Shown here: positions 59,415 through 64,000 of the stretch, one piece after another
Position numbering within the stretch: the first letter of the stretch is position 1
How the letters are laid out: each line of letters opens with the position of its first letter
Origin: Neophaeotheca triangularis
Lineage: Eukaryota
Length of the DNA: 64,000 bases
Assembly: GCA_054600435.1 (NCBI GenBank)
Contig: BAAIJX010000021.1
Location: 62,001 to 126,000 of the forward strand
Direction: 5' to 3'
Notes under the pieces: generated by a model
The model's input: only the letters and a program-made list of their open reading frames with translations
What the model was told of the DNA's origin: nothing
Database searches by the model: none
Program-made: the position numbers and the translations under genes

Positions 59415-62400
59415 TCATACGGTCCCGTTGATCGCAGGACCGTGTGCCCCGTCGTCATCCCAGTTCACCTTGAGGCCTGTAGAATGTGTCAGCATGGCCG
59501 TTGCAAGCAAGTGACTCGGCAACTTACTTTGAGGGAATGGGAAGTACATGTCCCAATCCTCCGTCAAATAGGCATGATATTGCCAGCTCTCCGGTAGTGT
59601 CTTCGAATCACCCGGCACGAACTCTTTGACGACCTTCTTGACATGGCTCTTGACCTTTTCTCGACCAATCGCCACGTCTGCCGGCCTCAAACCATTCAAC
59701 TTCCCGATTTCCTTGAGCATGGTCGTGAGGGCTACTCTCGTCATAGGCAAACCTAGGCACTGGTGAGGACCGTGTCCAAGGTGGATGTACTTCTCAAGCG
59801 GTCTTGTCGGGTCGAAAGCATCCGGGTTGGGAAAAGCCTTGGGATCTCGCGAAGCCGCCTTGAGATTGACCATGATCTTGTCGCCAGGCTTGAAGTTGTG
59901 CTTCTTAGGCCCGAGGACGTCGGTGTTGTCTTCGACGGTCTTCTCCCTCGCCACTACCCTAGCTACTCCAGTCTCGCCGTTCAGTCTTGAAGCCTCCATC
60001 AGGTAATGCATGAGCTCCTCGTCAGCCTCGGGTGTGTCCTTTTTGGCAAGCTCGTTAATCTTCGGCAAGTGCTCTTGCCCTTCAGTGAAGAAGTAGTCTA
60101 GAGCCTGAGCAAAGAGCTGCCCTTGGTTAGCAACCATACCTCCCGCGGTGCCCATGATGTTCCCCCAAACAAGGTCTTCGACGTCTGGGTTCGCTTCTAC
60201 AAGGCGCTTGAGCATGTGCACGCCATAGTCACTGAGCGCCGGGTTAGTCGGACGGACTGCAGAGATTGTCGCTTCGGCAACATCGCCCATGAAAAGCGGT
60301 GCGGACAAGGCTTGCACACCAAGCTTGACAATCTTCCCCAGCTGCTGTGTTGCTTCGCGAGCTTGCGCGCGTAGGCCAAAAGACTTGGGCGGGTCTTTAT
60401 CGAAAAAGACACAAGTGAAGACAGCGGCCATGATGAGGTAAAGCTGCTGCTCGGTGAAGATACCCCTTTCGAATTTCTCCGTCTTGAGCGGAAGGCCAAA
60501 GAGCTCCGCAGCGAAGTGCACGTGCGCCATGTTGCCGACGTCACGGATAATGTCGACTTGGTTGAGTTTGCCGAGCTTGTACGCTTTACGCTGGAGTAGC
60601 GTACGTGTGATCTCCTCATAGTAGCTGCGAACTGCCTTGAGCCACTTGTCGTCGGCTTTGGGGACTTCTCGAGACGAACCACCCTGATACAATGCCTTCT
60701 CCATCAGCTCTCGTGACCGCTTGTTAGGCTCGTCGTCTCCCGACAGCATGAAATTGTTGGCATTTGGACCCATCAGGAACTCCATGGCTTTCCCCCAAGT
60801 CACCTTGTAAGTCTCTTGGTCCTCAAGCACCGTCGCTGCAGCATTGTAGCTGAACAACATTGTGGGTTTGCTGATATGCGTCGGCTCATTGTAGTCATAT
60901 TTGGAGAGCTTGTCGATCTCGCTCTTCTCGAGACGCTCGAAGATGTTTTTCATTTCGCCCGGTATTGTGAGCGGGTAATGTACGTAGATACTGTTGGGTT
61001 CGTAGTTGTTGGGCAAAGCGCGGAGAAACAGCTTGTAAAAGACGCAGCCATTGTCGATCGCCAGGTTGGAAGAGGACTCCGCGAAACCCCAGTTGGTCAG
61101 GTTGGCTGCATTGTAGCTGGTGGTGTAATAACGATCCCCCCTTACCAAAGCGACTGCGTCTGAAAGCACGCCACGAGAGACGGTGTAGGAAGGACACAGG
61201 CCGGATCCTGGCAGCATGGGTTGTTTGGCATCCTCTACCACCAAGCCTGGATAGAGCTCCACATTATCTGGCGTGTCGTAGAAGTGTTTGAGAGCTTCCG
61301 CTACTTCTTTGTTTCTAGTGATATCGTCGAATGTCTCGTGTCGTTTGAGGTGAAAATGCTCCCGGAACTCATTCAAAGTAGATAGTTTCCACGTGCGCGC
61401 TTGCTGGATCCCTAGAATCTCGATCGCCCTCATGACAGTCGGCACTTGTTGAGGCCCCATAGCGTTCGCACAATCTTCGATGCTCCTGTTGAGAAAGTCG
61501 GCGATGTCATCATCTCTGAAGCGACCAGCAAAGGGACCGTCCTTGATCCTCTCCATTTTCTCCGAGTCAAGGGCAGGGAAAGAACGCTCTTCGGGGTCTT
61601 GCGCTTTTGTGTCTTTTTCCATCTTCCCAAGAGTCCTGATAAGTTCTTCCTGGGAGACTTCGTGCGGCTCCTTGCCGAAGATTTGAACGTAAAGGCTCCT
61701 CGTCCATTCATCGTCCTTGTTTGATATGGCGGCATGCCAACGATAGACCAGGTTGAACTCTGCCGAGACTTGATTTCCGGTACCCTGTGGCGGTCCACCT
61801 TCAATGTCGACTCTTGGATCCAATTGCCAGTTGTCCTCGGTTCGATTCAGATTCAAAATGGTGCGAACGTAGTCGATCAAGATGATGTTAACGTACAAGC
61901 CACAAGTGATGAGGCGTCCAGTCTGGAAAAGGTCATCATCGCGCTGGTCCAAGCCTTCTGCACCGTACCGGTCAACCTTGGCTCCCTTGTCAGTAAATCT
62001 GCCGTCCTCGTTGATAGCGGCCAGCTGCTCGACGACGTAGTTATGATACCGGTTGAACATGATCAACAGACATCCAACGCCAGGAGGAAAACTCAAAAGG
62101 CGGGTCTCCGAGAAGCAATCCGGCTTGATCTTGCCGTCTTTGAAAGTTCGCATCTTTTGCTGCTCGCTCCAATTGCTACCGTACAGGGGAGCGAGGTCGA
62201 GATATGACGATGTTGTCGACATGCGGTAGTCGGTGTGACTTGTCCTGAAGCAATCGTGGATGATGATAGAGGCAAGATTGAAAAGCATGCTGGAGATTCT
62301 GTTGGGGTGTAATTCGGGCTTCTTTCTTGCCAGAAGTGTATCAAACAATACTGCAGGGTCTGGTAGCGATCCGGGCTGCATGGTCTTCGGTGCTACAGTT

Positions 62401-63312
62401 CTGGCGTACGGCATATCTGCTGCCCCCAGGCTTGGGTTGACGAAACTGTTTCCTCTACCATCCGGATGACGGAATTCGAATTCTGGTGTCATCAAAACCT
62501 GAGGAGGGTGATCGAGATCGTTCCAAAGAGCCGTCAAAAAGCTGTCTGTAATCTTCTTGCTGGCAAGATTGTCGGGTAACTTGGCGGCGGCTTGAATCAG
62601 ATACTCCATCTTGTACTCGCGATCGTTCATTGGTAGTCCAAGCTTCATGTTGACGCCAGTCGACACCACGTCTTTGACTGACTTGAAACCGAGTATTCGA
62701 GCATCTCGTAGCACATCGCGGATATCGTAGTCGAATTCGTCGTCAGAGCTTTGCTCAAGCGTCGTCCCGTTACCAGTCTCTTTGGGTAAGGGTGCCTTTA
62801 TGGCCTTGAGGAGGGTTCGCATCTGCTCGAGTGATGCTCCCGCCTTTCGACGCAACAGTGTAAGATGGGAACTTGGCTCTGGCTCTGAAGGAATCTGGAA
62901 CCCATTGGCGTACGGACTGGGAGTGCCTGGCTGAGAGATGTTTTTAACAAACTCCCCTGCTCCCTGGCGTATACTGTCAAGCATTGAAAGGTCGTCCTTC
63001 TTCTCGGCGGGTTTAACGCCATTAACCTCCAGGGACTTCATCTTGTACCTACTATAAAAACGTCAGTGGTTGGGCGCTGAAGACACTCCGCAACTTTTAC
63101 AATAGCTGTTGGATGCTCATTGCTCTCCGCCATTTTGAGGGAGACGTTCCAGTCCGGGCACGCCGACTCCTGAATCGCTCCAGCAGGCCGATGGAGCGTG
63201 GTCTTGAGTGGCCGTCTGTTGCGCTTAAGCTTCTTATCGATTTTCCAAGACCCGAGGAGACCAATGGGTTTTCTTCTACGCTGTCGGAAACCGCCATATC
63301 TTCATGAGACAT
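59415..63312 (-). CDS. Fatty acid dioxygenase-cytochrome P450 fusion (psi-producing oxygenase / linoleate diol synthase family)
   Basis: Heme peroxidase domain with IIIHD and FNLVYRWH; P450 domain with ANQGQ, EASR and HGPHQCLG. Probable 5' exon (63101..63312) spliced via intron ~63049/63052..63100; 51-nt intron 59477..59527. Confidence 0.93.
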
Positions 63313-64000
63313 TTCGGTTGTGTTGCAATTGGACGCAGCGACGGTGGACCCGCTTTCGTCGTAGTCCCTGGGAAATGATGTCGAGCCAAAACAAACCCTG
63401 AGGGTCAGTAAAGCTGCATTTGACCGGTTGTGCTATGAGCATCCTAGGTAACCACGGTTTCGTATGGTTCCTGCCCGAGCGGACTGTAGCTTGGCAAGCC
63501 GGTATAGCTGATCCGAACCGAAACACCTTTAAAAGACGACAACCTTAGAGAGCGATTTTAATGTATTTGACTTACTTAATTGAGTACGCCTGCAGTAAGC
63601 GTCAGCGGTACGGGCAAATGCTGTAACGATGAGCTTCAACAGAGTCTGGCGCAAGATGGTGTTGCAGGTGTCTTGGGATTCGAAAAGAGCGCGACAGTAT
63701 GGAATGATAGTGCAACCATGGGCGGTTGTGAGATGCCTTATATGCTGTGGCTACCGTAGGGAGCCCGCCCAGGAACGGGGGAGCCAAACCAAAAGCAGCG
63801 TCGGATGAGAAAAAAGAGCAAGAAGAGCAAGCAACTACGCCAATTGGTCCAGCTCACAGCCGCAGCTGAGGTCAATGGTTTGGGGCCGCTGAGCCCGTAT
63901 TCGGTCGGCAGCTTGCACCGCTGCTTATCGCTATACAACAACACCTTAAAATGCAAGCTGCCTACCTAGGTACGTATGTAATAGGTGAGGTGGTGGTGGC

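Noticed and set aside
56462..63312. P450 plus PPO as an oxylipin biosynthetic cluster
   Set aside because: Separated by housekeeping CTF8, the P450 is frameshifted, and no transporter or regulator links them.

Overview
Gene-dense nuclear DNA of a filamentous ascomycete. Short GT-AG introns with CTRAC branch points, a Zn2Cys6 factor, a PIR wall protein and a dioxygenase-P450 fusion support this; a Dothideomycete origin is only my impression. I reconstructed about 23 protein-coding loci by hand-splicing: a partial Zn2Cys6 TF, RFC1, MRPL16, fused tryptophan synthase, a small coiled-coil protein, a BRD8-like bromodomain protein, two GT31 glycosyltransferases, an SMP-30/lactonase, ATE1, a DDP1-type Nudix hydrolase, a secreted BYS1/thaumatin-like protein, PTH2, choline sulfatase, a PIR/GPI wall protein, a zf-HIT protein, COX11, pyruvate dehydrogenase kinase (PDK), MGE1, a long low-complexity protein, two tandem hydrophilic proteins sharing a C-terminal beta-motif, CTF8 and a PPO/LDS-type DOX-CYP fusion. 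A frameshifted P450 and a decayed ORF relic are also present. I recognised no tRNA, rRNA, CRISPR array or intact transposon. The top lead is the PDK stop codon: it lies in a textbook leaky context (CAA-TGA-CAACGA) and is followed by 129 more in-frame sense codons, suggesting programmed readthrough. Other leads are a decayed His-Cys-box-like/C2H2 relic, an intron inside every PIR repeat (one GC-AG), the tandem beta-motif pair, and recurrent TACCTA/TAGGTA islands at gene boundaries. All family calls come from motif recognition, not database searches.
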